A stretch of 59,641 nt of DNA, filler included, from Circinaria calcarea (lineage: Eukaryota), in assembly GCA_051942165.1 (NCBI GenBank). It is 12 parts of 12 records of this genome, joined end to end, with 100 filler letters (N's around TTAATTAATTAA, not from the genome) between each part and the next. Parts side by side here need not be neighbours in the genome. Positions count along the whole stretch, not along the records: positions 49,800 to 54,671 come from JAVECS010002145.1; positions 54,772 to 59,641 come from JAVECS010002146.1; 10 more parts are not named here. The stretch is one strand, 5' to 3'. Both the position numbers and the translations under genes were made by a program. Positions 49,951 through 59,641 of the stretch are shown piece by piece; position 1 is the first letter of the stretch; each line of letters begins with the position of its first letter. The notes below the pieces were generated by a model, which ran no database searches, was not told where the DNA came from, and worked only from the letters and a program-made list of their open reading frames with translations.

Positions 49951-50475
49951 GCTAGATGGCTAAATGGGGGGGGCAAAGGATTCTTGGTTTGCTGAACTCG
50001 AATTGTTTCACAACCTGGATCCAGCCCCGGTACCGAGAACAATCCCGCCTGGTGTGTCCCTCCGTCATCAAACGAGGATTTGCGGCCTTTTGGAATCATG
50101 ACCATGGACTAACTGCTTCTGTACCTGTAAGAACCAGCACACCGCATCATCATTGCAGATTTTTACTCTGGCACTACAACATCGAGAGTCTGGTTTATCT
50201 TTAGCTCTGGTCCGGTTATCCAAGTGCATTTCTATAAACATTCTTTGTGTGGATTTGTGCGGTTGCCGATAATAGTCGATTCGGAACCGTTTTTGAGGAT
50301 CCTCCAGCTCTTCAAAATTTCAGAACCGTTTCAGGGGCACATTTTGCGAGCCAAATCACTCCATGTTTTTGCCCCGTAGAGTTTTCCACTTCGTGCCAAT
50401 ATTGCAACAAACATCTTTTATCATCAGTAAGCAGCGGGTAACTGGAGAAGTCGGAAATCACCGCAGAGAATTCGA

Positions 50476-51031
50476 TCAAGATGTATAACCCATAGCTTTT
50501 CGCCACCACGCCAATACCCCCTTCTCCTCCATCTTCGCCCCAAACTCTTTCACCGAATCAATTTCTACCAACCTAGCTTTCTCTTCGGTCACTTCCTCTG
50601 GTGGGGTCGGTTCCTCGCGTGCTTCTGGGCGCGCGAGGAGGTGATAGTCCTTATATCTGAGATCCTAACTTGTAAATCAGTCAGAAAACCCGGCATCAGA
50701 ACCCAATCCATAAATGTCAATGTCACTTTTTCGAGAAATCGTCATTTTCTATTTACTCTCCCAACTCCCAAATCCAAGAATTAAAACAGAGAAATACACT
50801 TACATGCACAACGCCCACCCACGCTTCCACCCCTTCCTTTTCCCTCCCTTCCACATACATGATTCCCGGCACGCCGCCAGAACGTAACAATGCGAAGACG
50901 CCGTGCTGCTCGGCCGCAGCTTTTAGCGTCGAGACTTTTTTGCGGGAGGTGATGTGGTGGGTTTTGATCAAGGCGTGGTAGATTGGCGTAGACAAAGACT
51001 GGGGATTGGAGGGAAAATGGGTACGGGGCAT
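50476..51031 (-). CDS. Small DUF1115/RWDD2-C-terminal-like protein
   Basis: ALIKTHHITSRKK...LRSGGVPGIMYVEG...WVGVVH|DLRYKDYHL...EIDSVKEFG..M...WWRKAMGY. One intron at about 50675-50803. Confidence 0.7.
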
Positions 51032-51675
51032 TTTTGGTAGAAGTGGATCTTGCTTTTTCTTTTTCTTCAACAATGATAAAGGAGATCAAGTAAGGAGAGT
51101 GGTGGCTATAAGCTCTTCATGATGTTCGCGTGAGAGATGGGCTCGAGGTATGACGTAGGGAGTTGGAAGTCGTTTTTACACTTCCTTCTCCCGGGTACCT
51201 TCCTCCACCTACAACACTATTCGAGATATTTCGGCCAGTTACAATTGCGTTCGGTAGCCACCCTTCTGATGCAGTTTGTCTTAATGGATGAGCGCACTCT
51301 CCGCTTTGGTCCTGTCTGAGCGGGAATCAGGAGCCTTTGATATCGCGGGGAAAGCGTGTCAAGATATTGGCGCTGGGAAGATAAATCGCCCTTGTCTGAA
51401 TGGACGGGAAACGATTTAGGCAGCAGAGAGAGAGCAGAGTCTGCAGATTCTTGTTTGATCGGATACACTGCGCCTTCGAATGCCTAAGCCTCTTTCCTTC
51501 TCAGCCTCTATCCCAGTGTACCTTTATGACACTGCAAGCTCCATTTCCTTGGAGTCTTGTATCTATCTTACCATATCACTCCATCGTGAATAGTCCCGCG
51601 GCCAACTCCAAAATTTGTACCTTATCGCACTACATTTGAGAGCGGGATCAACCATGACCTCCACATCCCTCCGAG

Positions 51676-52212
51676 GTGGCCATATCCCTCTCATCCATTC
51701 CACCCCCCAAACCCTCGAGATTCCCCCTCATCCCTTTCTACAAAGGCAGTAAACTATCCTTCAAATTCAAATTGAGTTCCTTGCTCGTCTTCCTCACCAC
51801 CGTCTGCTCCACAATCTCCATCATCTGCTTCCTAGCAGGATACCCGGACCGAATAATCCTCCCATTAATCTTCCTCTTCCTGTCTCCCCTCTCCCACCTC
51901 GGCGGCGCATTCTACTACGGCTTTACCTCCCTCGTTCATCTCGAGTACCACTGCACTTCATCTTCGGTTCATCTGGAGTGGAAGGGCAAGGACAGGAAGA
52001 ATGCGCTCTCAAACCCCGCAAAGTATCACAAAGGCGAGAATGCAAAAACCCTAAGAATCGGCCGTGCCTTCTGGAACTTTGGCATTGGTTTGATGATTGC
52101 CATTGGTGCTATACATGCAAGTGGTGCGCGCACCATCTGTTTGCGGAAACGGTGGCAACAGGAAGAGGAGGCAGCACCTCCTGGGTTAAGTCCCCGGATT
52201 CTCATGAAATAA
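51676..52212 (+). CDS. Hypothetical membrane protein (start uncertain, possibly degenerate)
   Basis: Three hydrophobic segments. The nearest upstream ATG (51654) is out of frame. Confidence 0.35.
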   Translation: MAISLSSIPPPKPSRFPLIPFYKGSKLSFKFKLSSLLVFLTTVCSTISIICFLAGYPDRIILPLIFLFLSPLSHLGGAFYYGFTSLVHLEYHCTSSSVHLEWKGKDRKNALSNPAKYHKGENAKTLRIGRAFWNFGIGLMIAIGAIHASGARTICLRKRWQQEEEAAPPGLSPRILMK

Positions 52213-52920
52213 TACCATTCAACAGGACTAACCGGCACGAAGGATGTGAGGATTCTAGACTGCGGAGTCTTCGCGATTTTTCCCCATTTCCGTCTCCCGT
52301 GGCCTGCAAACGGAAAAGGGGGAGAAGAGCAAGCGAGGAGGGGGGGTGGAAGATAAGAAAAGAAAAGAAAAGAAAAGAAACCGGCCCGAAGAAGTTTAGT
52401 ACCAGTAGAGGGCGGGGATAGAAGCACGAGATGATAGCGGTAGAACCGGAGGCCAAAAACGAGCGGAGAGGTTGTTTTCGAGCATGGTCGGAAGTGGGGG
52501 CGGAAGTAGGGAGGCTGGAATGGGAGGCAAAAGTGGCTTTGGGGGAATTGGGGGGACTTGGGACAATTCGCGGGGTAGAACAGATTACTAATGGTTAAGT
52601 ATCGTTGCTTGCGGTCGCCCAACGTTAATTGATCAGGGGTGGGTGATAATATTTTCAAAACGAGCGTGAGAGCTGGTCTCAAGGACTAAAATGAGACGGA
52701 TGGCATACTCCAGCAACACACCGCAGAGCACTCACGCGAGAACTCTCGCCTCCCTCCCCAAAATACATGTATCGGAGCTAAACCGGCTATATACCCATAC
52801 CCACATTCAACCGCGGGCCCCAATGGTTATATCGAAAAGGAAAAAGCCCATCAGCCTGGTTCCAACAAGCCCATGTTCTCTTTTGCCTCGGACCAATCAC
52901 CCTTGCTGCAATGTAGCACG

Positions 52921-53928
52921 CTAGTTCCTGGGCCTTTTGGACCTGGGCTCGTTTCTTTGCGTAAAGGAAGTATTCGGCGTCGTCGGCTGCGAGCCAACGA
53001 TAGCGTCATCATCTTCCTCGGGCGCGGACTCGGACTCGGACTCGGCGTTCGACTGCTGGGAGAGATGAGTGTCCAATTCGAGGGAGAGCTGGAGGCCGGA
53101 GTCGTCGGGAAACTGCAGCTCGGAGCCGGAGACGTCAAAGTTAACGCCGGCGGGGATCTGGTCGATGGCGGAGCAGATGCGCCGGAAGTGCTGCGGCATC
53201 CAGACGTCGTAGATATTCCTGGTGAACTTGTATGCCGTCCACTTCTCTCTGCCGTCCAATTCGGTGAAGCAAAATTCACGGACGGGGTGACGGTAGAAGG
53301 TCGTTTTGTCCTGGTCGATTATCGGATAATGGCCATAAATCCTCACGGTTGCATGGTCGTGCGAGATTGAAAAGCCAAGGATCTCTCGATGAACATCTTT
53401 TTCGCGCTTGGCAAGTCTGAAGAGTTCGACGACGGCCCTGACGGCGATAGTCATGCTGTGGGCATTCTGTCGGTCTGCAACTTCGAGCCCTGCGGCACCG
53501 CACTTGACCTCGCACGCGAGAAAGGGGAAATACATGTAAAAGGTGCCCATGAAAAATGAAGTATCCCAGAGGGAACCGACAAAAGGTTGAAGCTTTTCAA
53601 GTTGATCGTCTGTAAAGGTAGATCGCCTGAATCCCACAGAATAGTCGGGTTGTGGGCGAGTTTTGGTCACAGGAATAGAATTATTCCAACCCTCGTTGGC
53701 GCTCTCAATCAAGTGCTCGAGATGTGTGGCGCCGTATATGGCGAGGTTTTGGGCCGGAGACCCGAACCAAGTTGGAGGACGTTGAGTGCCTCTTGAGACT
53801 TTCTTCGAGTTTCCCTCAACTTCCATGTGTTTGTACAACCGAATGAGTCTCGACCGGACGTGTACCCTGCGACTCCTCCGAGCCACGATACTCCTCTGGG
53901 ACTTGCTCCTCCACAAGGGCTTTTTCAT
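52921..53928 (-). CDS. DUF7924-type fungal protein (PD-(D/E)xK-like motif)
   Basis: LIESANEGWN..IP....PQPDYSVGF, YFPFLACEVKCG, ADRQNAHSM..AVRAVVELF, FSISHDH..VRIYGHY, FYRHP. Confidence 0.8.
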   Translation of the reverse strand: MKKPLWRSKSQRSIVARRSRRVHVRSRLIRLYKHMEVEGNSKKVSRGTQRPPTWFGSPAQNLAIYGATHLEHLIESANEGWNNSIPVTKTRPQPDYSVGFRRSTFTDDQLEKLQPFVGSLWDTSFFMGTFYMYFPFLACEVKCGAAGLEVADRQNAHSMTIAVRAVVELFRLAKREKDVHREILGFSISHDHATVRIYGHYPIIDQDKTTFYRHPVREFCFTELDGREKWTAYKFTRNIYDVWMPQHFRRICSAIDQIPAGVNFDVSGSELQFPDDSGLQLSLELDTHLSQQSNAESESESAPEEDDDAIVGSQPTTPNTSFTQRNEPRSKRPRN

Positions 53929-55068
53929 CCGTAACCGAAGAGAGAGAAATGGCGACGCGGTAGTTATTGATGAGGGAAAGGGCTAGTGGGATGTGCATGG
54001 CTCTGTTGTCGAAGGTTATCATCCTGTTGGCAAGATATCCGGACATTACCGGATAGACAAGAAAACTGACGCAGTAAAGAACGCAGAGCATTTTACCACC
54101 TCCCTCCTGTTGCATTTCCTCTCATTCCTTCCCCCTAGTGCCTAGTGCCTAATGCCTAGTGCCGAGGGACCCAAAATAGTACCGAGCTCTTTCCCTCTCT
54201 GCTTCCCTCTCTCCTTCCCTCGCCCCCAAACTTGCTCGGAAGTCAAAAAATAACCACACAAAAAAGAGAAAAAAGGAAGCCCCTTTTGGACCGCAAGGTA
54301 GGGTGAAGCCTTACTTTGCCCCGGCTCATTTTGGGCTAAACTGAAACGAGAACATAAAAAACCCCAGGAATCCCCCTTTCCTTTTTCCTTTTTCCTTTTT
54401 CTTTTTTCTTTTTTTCTCTTATTCCTAACCCCCCCCCCCCGGGAAAGCGGGGAGGAAGGGGGTTTGATGAGTTGGCGCGGAGGCCTAGATAGAACCGATC
54501 TAAAATAGAATTCCCAATCTCAATCCCCGTTCTAGGTTCGGATCCGGATTTTAACTGGGGGCACACACCATCGTCTTCGCACCCCCCCCGGTCTCACAAA
54601 CTCATTTCATGCTTCATATCTCACACCTCGTTCTCGTTCTCGTTCTTATATTTTCCCCTGATCAGGCCCCCNNNNNNNNNNNNNNNNNNNNNNNNNNNNN
54701 NNNNNNNNNNNNNNNTTAATTAATTAANNNNNNNNNNNNNNNNNNNNNNNNNNNNNNNNNNNNNNNNNNNNTGCTGTCTTCGCCGCCTGTTCATGCTGCT
54801 ACTATGGTGGAGCCAAGACGACTAGTGACTGGGCGCGCATATGGAATGGGTAGGGCAGGCATGGAGGACTCCTACACACTTACATACATACACACTCTTT
54901 CGACAGATAGCAGAGCAGCATAGCAGTCAGAAACGCAATACTGAAACTGGTCCTGATATTTCCTTTATATATACACTGTACTGTAGCAGCCAGTTCGTGC
55001 TATATACCCTTTGATTCTTCACTATTCAGGCTCCATTACCCATTCTCGACAGCGTTTTTGCCTATGCC

Positions 55069-57303
55069 TTATTCTAGGAGCATAACAGAACACCCTCTAT
55101 CCTTCACACAAGCCTCCTCAAACATGCGTTTCTTATCCTCGCCAGGCGCAAATTCGATATCGAACTCCGTTAGCATCAGCGCTGCGGCGACGCGGATTTC
55201 CATTAGACTTAGGTTCTTACCGATGCAGGCGTATGTGCCTGGATATAGTAATGGAGGTTGGGTTGGGGTAAAGGCTTGAAGGGGTGAGGTAAATGTGGAC
55301 GAACCTGCGCTCCAGGGCGTGAAAGCTTGTTTGTTGTGGATCAGGTGAGATTGAGTGGTGAACCTTTCAGGGATCCAGTCCTTTGGGCTCCCGAAGTTAC
55401 GTGGATCTGCTGGATGCCAGTGAGGTGGTCTGATAATACTTAAGGTAGCTTCTATAAATTCTGTTAAAGGTGGATGGTCTTTTTCTATGTACAAGTACAG
55501 GTACCCCTCCTAAAAAGAAAGGGAGACATATCTCTAAAAAGGCTGTACTGAGGCACGAGGACCGTCGTGCCCTCCGGGATATACGTGTTCCTAATCATGA
55601 GACCCCCACGACGACCAACTCGAAGCCCTGCGGACGGGACGGCAGGGTTTAGACGCAAGGTCTCGCAGATACACGTGTAAGTGTGACAGGCGCTGGACGG
55701 CTTTGTAGTTTCTTATGTCGACGGAAACTAACTCCTCGTGAATGCGCTGAGTGTGTTTGAGCTAGCGGATCAAATAATACATCATGTTTGCGAGGACCTG
55801 ACGTATTGGATCACTGTCGCGCGAAGATTCAGCTTGTGGTTGCGGCATGGACATCAGCGGTTATCGCAAAAAGGTACTGGTATTAACCTGCCCGCTGCAA
55901 TGTTAAGAACGAAGTCTCCTAAGATGAACCTCCAGTTCGCTTCGATGCCACCATTTTCTCTTGCATCTTTGAGGACGTAACCGATTACGTCGTTTCGTTC
56001 CTTGTTGGAGTCCTACAGCCCACGATGTCAGCATCTGATTGCAGGCGCCACATCGACGCATCAGCATCCCTTGATGTAGACACAACCCCAGCATATCAGT
56101 CTCACCTTGATGTTTCTATCGAGCTCATCGGCTGCCCAGTTCATGAAATTGCCGGTAATACTTCATCCTTTCTATGTATGGAATGCCCATCATCAAATGC
56201 TTAACCCAAGATACTGCACCTAGAGGGCCGAGTTTTCTGTAAACTATATGATACATGCTGAGGATCGGGTGAGGTCGGCCCCTAGAAAGATTGCTGAACT
56301 GGGTGGCGAGGCCGGATCTGCCCATCGAATCGAAGGTGTAGTATTCCAACCATGTAGAGATGTCCATGGGCTCGTTCTCGCGCTTCCGAAGCTGTTTAAT
56401 AAGCTCATCCGCGTCCTTCGTAGATTACCGACTCGAGTCTGCCCCAGGGCTAGAATCTGGACGTTAGAGGATTAACGTAAGGGGAGCTTTCTCTGGCGGA
56501 AAGCTACAACTAGGATAGATTTCTTGCCTTTTATGCTAAACGCCTGATCCCAAACCTTGCGCTTATGAGAGTGAATTTCTGGATTCCTCGTTGTGTCCAG
56601 TGAAACCATGGGATGAAGTAAGTCATAATATACTGCTCGCCCGCAGGTAGACTCTGGACCGTGGACTTTGTAAATGGCCTCGGTTCTAAAAAGCGTGACC
56701 TCATCTGGATCTAGTAATGCGTTAGATAGCCTGCTACTTGAAGCTGGTCAGGCCAATTTAACATGAGCTTAAATTGTAAAATGGAACAATAGAGGAGAAT
56801 AACAGGAAAAGTATATAAATTGAGGCCAAAACCCCTTGAGTAGTAAATATCCGCAATTATCACAAACTAAAAGGTTTTCTATTGAATACTGATTTATAGA
56901 ACTAACCAGTGCGCACCACATCACCATACTTGGTATGCAGCTCATCCAGAAGTTTACAATTCTGAAATCGCACCATGTCCCACATGTGAGTTAGCTTTGC
57001 TAAGTGGAGGCGGAGGGGACCTGGAACATGTCGCACTTCTGACGAGAATAGTCGGAACACTGTGATGCTACCAAATAGTGCTAGAAAATAGGCTGCATCG
57101 ATGGCGAAGCTCTCCCTCAAGGCTTCCCTGAACGGTAGCTCTTCCAATTTACATTCCGCAAAGGGAATAAGCATGCCCGCGAGGATGTAGAGACGTGAGA
57201 TATTCGCTGCCGCCAGATCATATTCCCCACGAAGAAAGAATATCCAGTGTGATGCTAGGCCAGCCGCTGCAGCAACGGACAATTCAATATAGAAAGCGAG
57301 CAT
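55069..57303 (-). pseudogene. Cytochrome P450 with apparent frameshifts
   Basis: LHTKYGDVVRT, FDSMG, I-helix AAGS, ETLRL, PERF, PWSAG|TYACIGKNL (heme Cys). The frame breaks near 56420-56447 and 56146-56150. Confidence 0.8.
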
Positions 57304-57810
57304 GATAAGAGGGATAAGCACTCCTTTACCTGCTAATCTAATTGAGTAAACAATGTGTGCCTTAAGGGAGTCAGAAGGAGTAAGAAAGCAGCGTTGGCAA
57401 CACGGGAAAAAGGGTTCACGGGACACAAACACTATAATGCATTAGGAGATGTGACTGGGGAACTAGGACCCTGTCCATAATAGTTATGTCCTATTAATAA
57501 ATCTGTAGTTCCGAGCTGATAGCTCTCTGTAACGGCTTGATCGATCGATTCCTTGCATATGCAGATCTGGTATTTGGTATCTGCTTAGGGTCATAGGACG
57601 CTATACAGTGGGAACGGCTAAGTAGCTTACCTCGGTGAAGGTAGGCGTACATTGCATAATCAGGAAAGGTTTCTCCGATATGCTGCATGTTTACGCCATA
57701 GCCGTTTATGATCTTAACTGCATTGCCGCATGAAAGTACTGCAATCTATTATCCCGATCTGCATTAGGTAAGGCGTTTTCTCCTAAAGGCTAACACTGCA
57801 GTACACTTTC

Positions 57811-58605
57811 TCAAACCTTCTTCGCCTTCACCTTTTCAACTACGTCGTTAACAACATCAACTACCTCCTTCGTCATTGTAACATGAGGACAATGCCCTGT
57901 TTCCAGCTCCACAGTCTCAACCTCTTTCCCCTGCAGCTTCATCCCTTCCACCATATTCTTCTGATAATCCAAGGGCACGGTCATATCGCCACTTGTCATA
58001 ATGTACGACACACCTACGCCCTCATCCTTCCACGCACACTTCTCAATAGCCTGATACATTGACTTCCCATTCCAACGCACAAGGCCCGCCACATACTCGT
58101 CTGCCTCGGCATCAGAAATTCCAGGTCCAAGGAGTAAGAGTTTCGGATCGCGGATCACGCAGCTATCATCGTCCGCGAAGTCGAATGCGAGAGGGAGGAG
58201 GTGCTCGTGCCCAAACTCCTTTACTTTTCCCACCATGGACCCGCCCTCTGGAAGGGCGAAGGCACACACATAGATCAAGTGCGCAACACCACCCTTCAAG
58301 CCCTGTTTAGCGCGCTCAGCAACGCCTAGGCCCGTGAGAGCGTTGGTGCCGACTTGTCCACCGTAGGAGTGCATGATGGCGATTACGGTGTGGCCAGCGG
58401 AGACGAGGCTGGTGACGTAGGAGCGGATCAAGGCGGTGTCGGTTGCGAGGTCGGCATTGGGGGGGCGGGAACCGTTCATGGAGCTGAGGGCCGGGAGGTG
58501 GACTTCGGAGCCGGCGGTGCGGAGGGCCGTGGTTAGTTTGGTGTAGGCGCTGGGGGTATGCCAACCGCCATGGATTAGGATGATAGTTGGTTTAGCGGCG
58601 GCCAT
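57811..58605 (-). CDS. Alpha/beta hydrolase (AB hydrolase-1/6, methylesterase-like)
   Basis: KPTIILIHGGWH, nucleophile elbow HSYGG, D in GDMTVP, His in TGHCPH. Confidence 0.9.
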   Translation of the reverse strand: MAAAKPTIILIHGGWHTPSAYTKLTTALRTAGSEVHLPALSSMNGSRPPNADLATDTALIRSYVTSLVSAGHTVIAIMHSYGGQVGTNALTGLGVAERAKQGLKGGVAHLIYVCAFALPEGGSMVGKVKEFGHEHLLPLAFDFADDDSCVIRDPKLLLLGPGISDAEADEYVAGLVRWNGKSMYQAIEKCAWKDEGVGVSYIMTSGDMTVPLDYQKNMVEGMKLQGKEVETVELETGHCPHVTMTKEVVDVVNDVVEKVKAKKV

Positions 58606-59129
58606 ATTAGTATCAACGTCAATGTCGAGATTGCTTTCAGGATTAGCTAAGTTAGAGGTTTCCAACCACACACGATTGTAAAACGGAATATCTCAGCTGG
58701 AAAGAGAGCAGCAAATGAAACCCTTAAAAAACCTTTCTAATACATAAAAACCTGCCTTGCTTCTGAATCTCGTTCAAGGAATTCAATTGCAGCAAAGTTA
58801 GATTATGAACCTAGAAATACCTTATCCCGCAGACTCTCGTGTAACGTGGGCCGCGCGATTGTTGCGATTGGTGAATAGTATAAGTTATTATTTGTTATCT
58901 AGCCAAGGGATCTCAACAAGCGGTACGATTTATATCAAATCGTGGCGATCGCAGTGATCAAGTTCCCCAAGGGGCTTTCAGCTCCGATCCTGCAAAAATG
59001 CACAGCGGGGTGGTGCGTAGAAAGGCCGGTTGTTCTCGACTATGGTATGGTACCGAGACACCCTAGATCTGATTATGGTATTGAAACACCCTCTATTTTG
59101 CTATTAGGATACGCCCCCGCCTCATTATA

Positions 59130-59530
59130 TAATATCGGAATGATAGCGGTAGGTAATTCATAATTATAATTATTTTCACCACATCTTTTATCCCTGCCCA
59201 TGGTCGCAATCGCTGTTACTTGTGTTACTTACAATCGCTGCCACTTATCTGTTACCCACTATCGCTGTTATTATCGTTATCGCTGCCTTTGCCACTGTAA
59301 TTGTTATTGCATCATTCTTAGCGACAGTGAAAGACAGCGATAAACGGCAGCCATAATAAGTAATAGCGATAGCGGCAGCGACGATAAAACCCTTTTAATA
59401 TTTATAGAGTCCTTCTAATATTAGAGTCTTTCATATATCGTGATCTCGGTTTTAATTTTATGAGTGACTCTATAATTTTAAAGGTCTCTAAGTAATATGA
59501 ATTAATTGTTAATAGATTTATCTGCTGCTA
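59130..59530. repeat. AT-rich relic with ATCGCTG direct and inverted repeats
   Basis: ATCGCTG occurs four times (59209-59286), followed by CAGCGAT/TAGCGAT copies and TpA-rich sequence. Confidence 0.45.
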
Positions 59531-59641
59531 TAGCCCCCGTTTAGAGAGGGTGTCTTAGTAATCGGATGGGGTGTCTCTGTAGTCGAGACCGGGTCGGTTG
59601 GGTGGATCGAAATCTGACATGAGGCTCACTCAGTGCCACTC

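Noticed and set aside
4889..54771. Regularly spaced TTAATTAATTAA palindromes at about 5-kb periodicity, and apparent gene clusters spanning them
   Set aside because: These are artificial linkers embedded in N runs that join size-sorted contigs. Cross-contig adjacency is meaningless.

Overview
This is filamentous-ascomycete (Pezizomycotina) genomic DNA and is not one locus. It is 12 unrelated contigs of 4870-4888 bp in decreasing size order, joined by 100-nt N spacers carrying a TTAATTAATTAA all-frame stop linker, so gene neighbourhood only means something within a contig. Most genes are intron-containing housekeeping genes: Bit61/HbrB-like, GON7, VPS39, eIF2B-beta, NEM1, an Argonaute, a GPR1/FUN34 transporter, a FEX fluoride exporter, a HAD, a Num1/Mcp5-like protein, IDO and an FTR1-FET3 pair with five SreA-type sites. 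There are also secondary-metabolism fragments (FAD monooxygenase plus UbiA prenyltransferase, frameshifted P450), RIP-like relics and a probable pogo/Tigger-type MITE. The most striking observation is a tRNA-Trp(CCA) gene at 34174-34298. It is interrupted in the variable loop, not at the canonical 37/38 site, by a 53-nt insert with the hallmarks of a spliceosomal intron (AG|GT...CTGAC...TAAG|G). All family assignments come from motif recognition by eye; no database searches were run.
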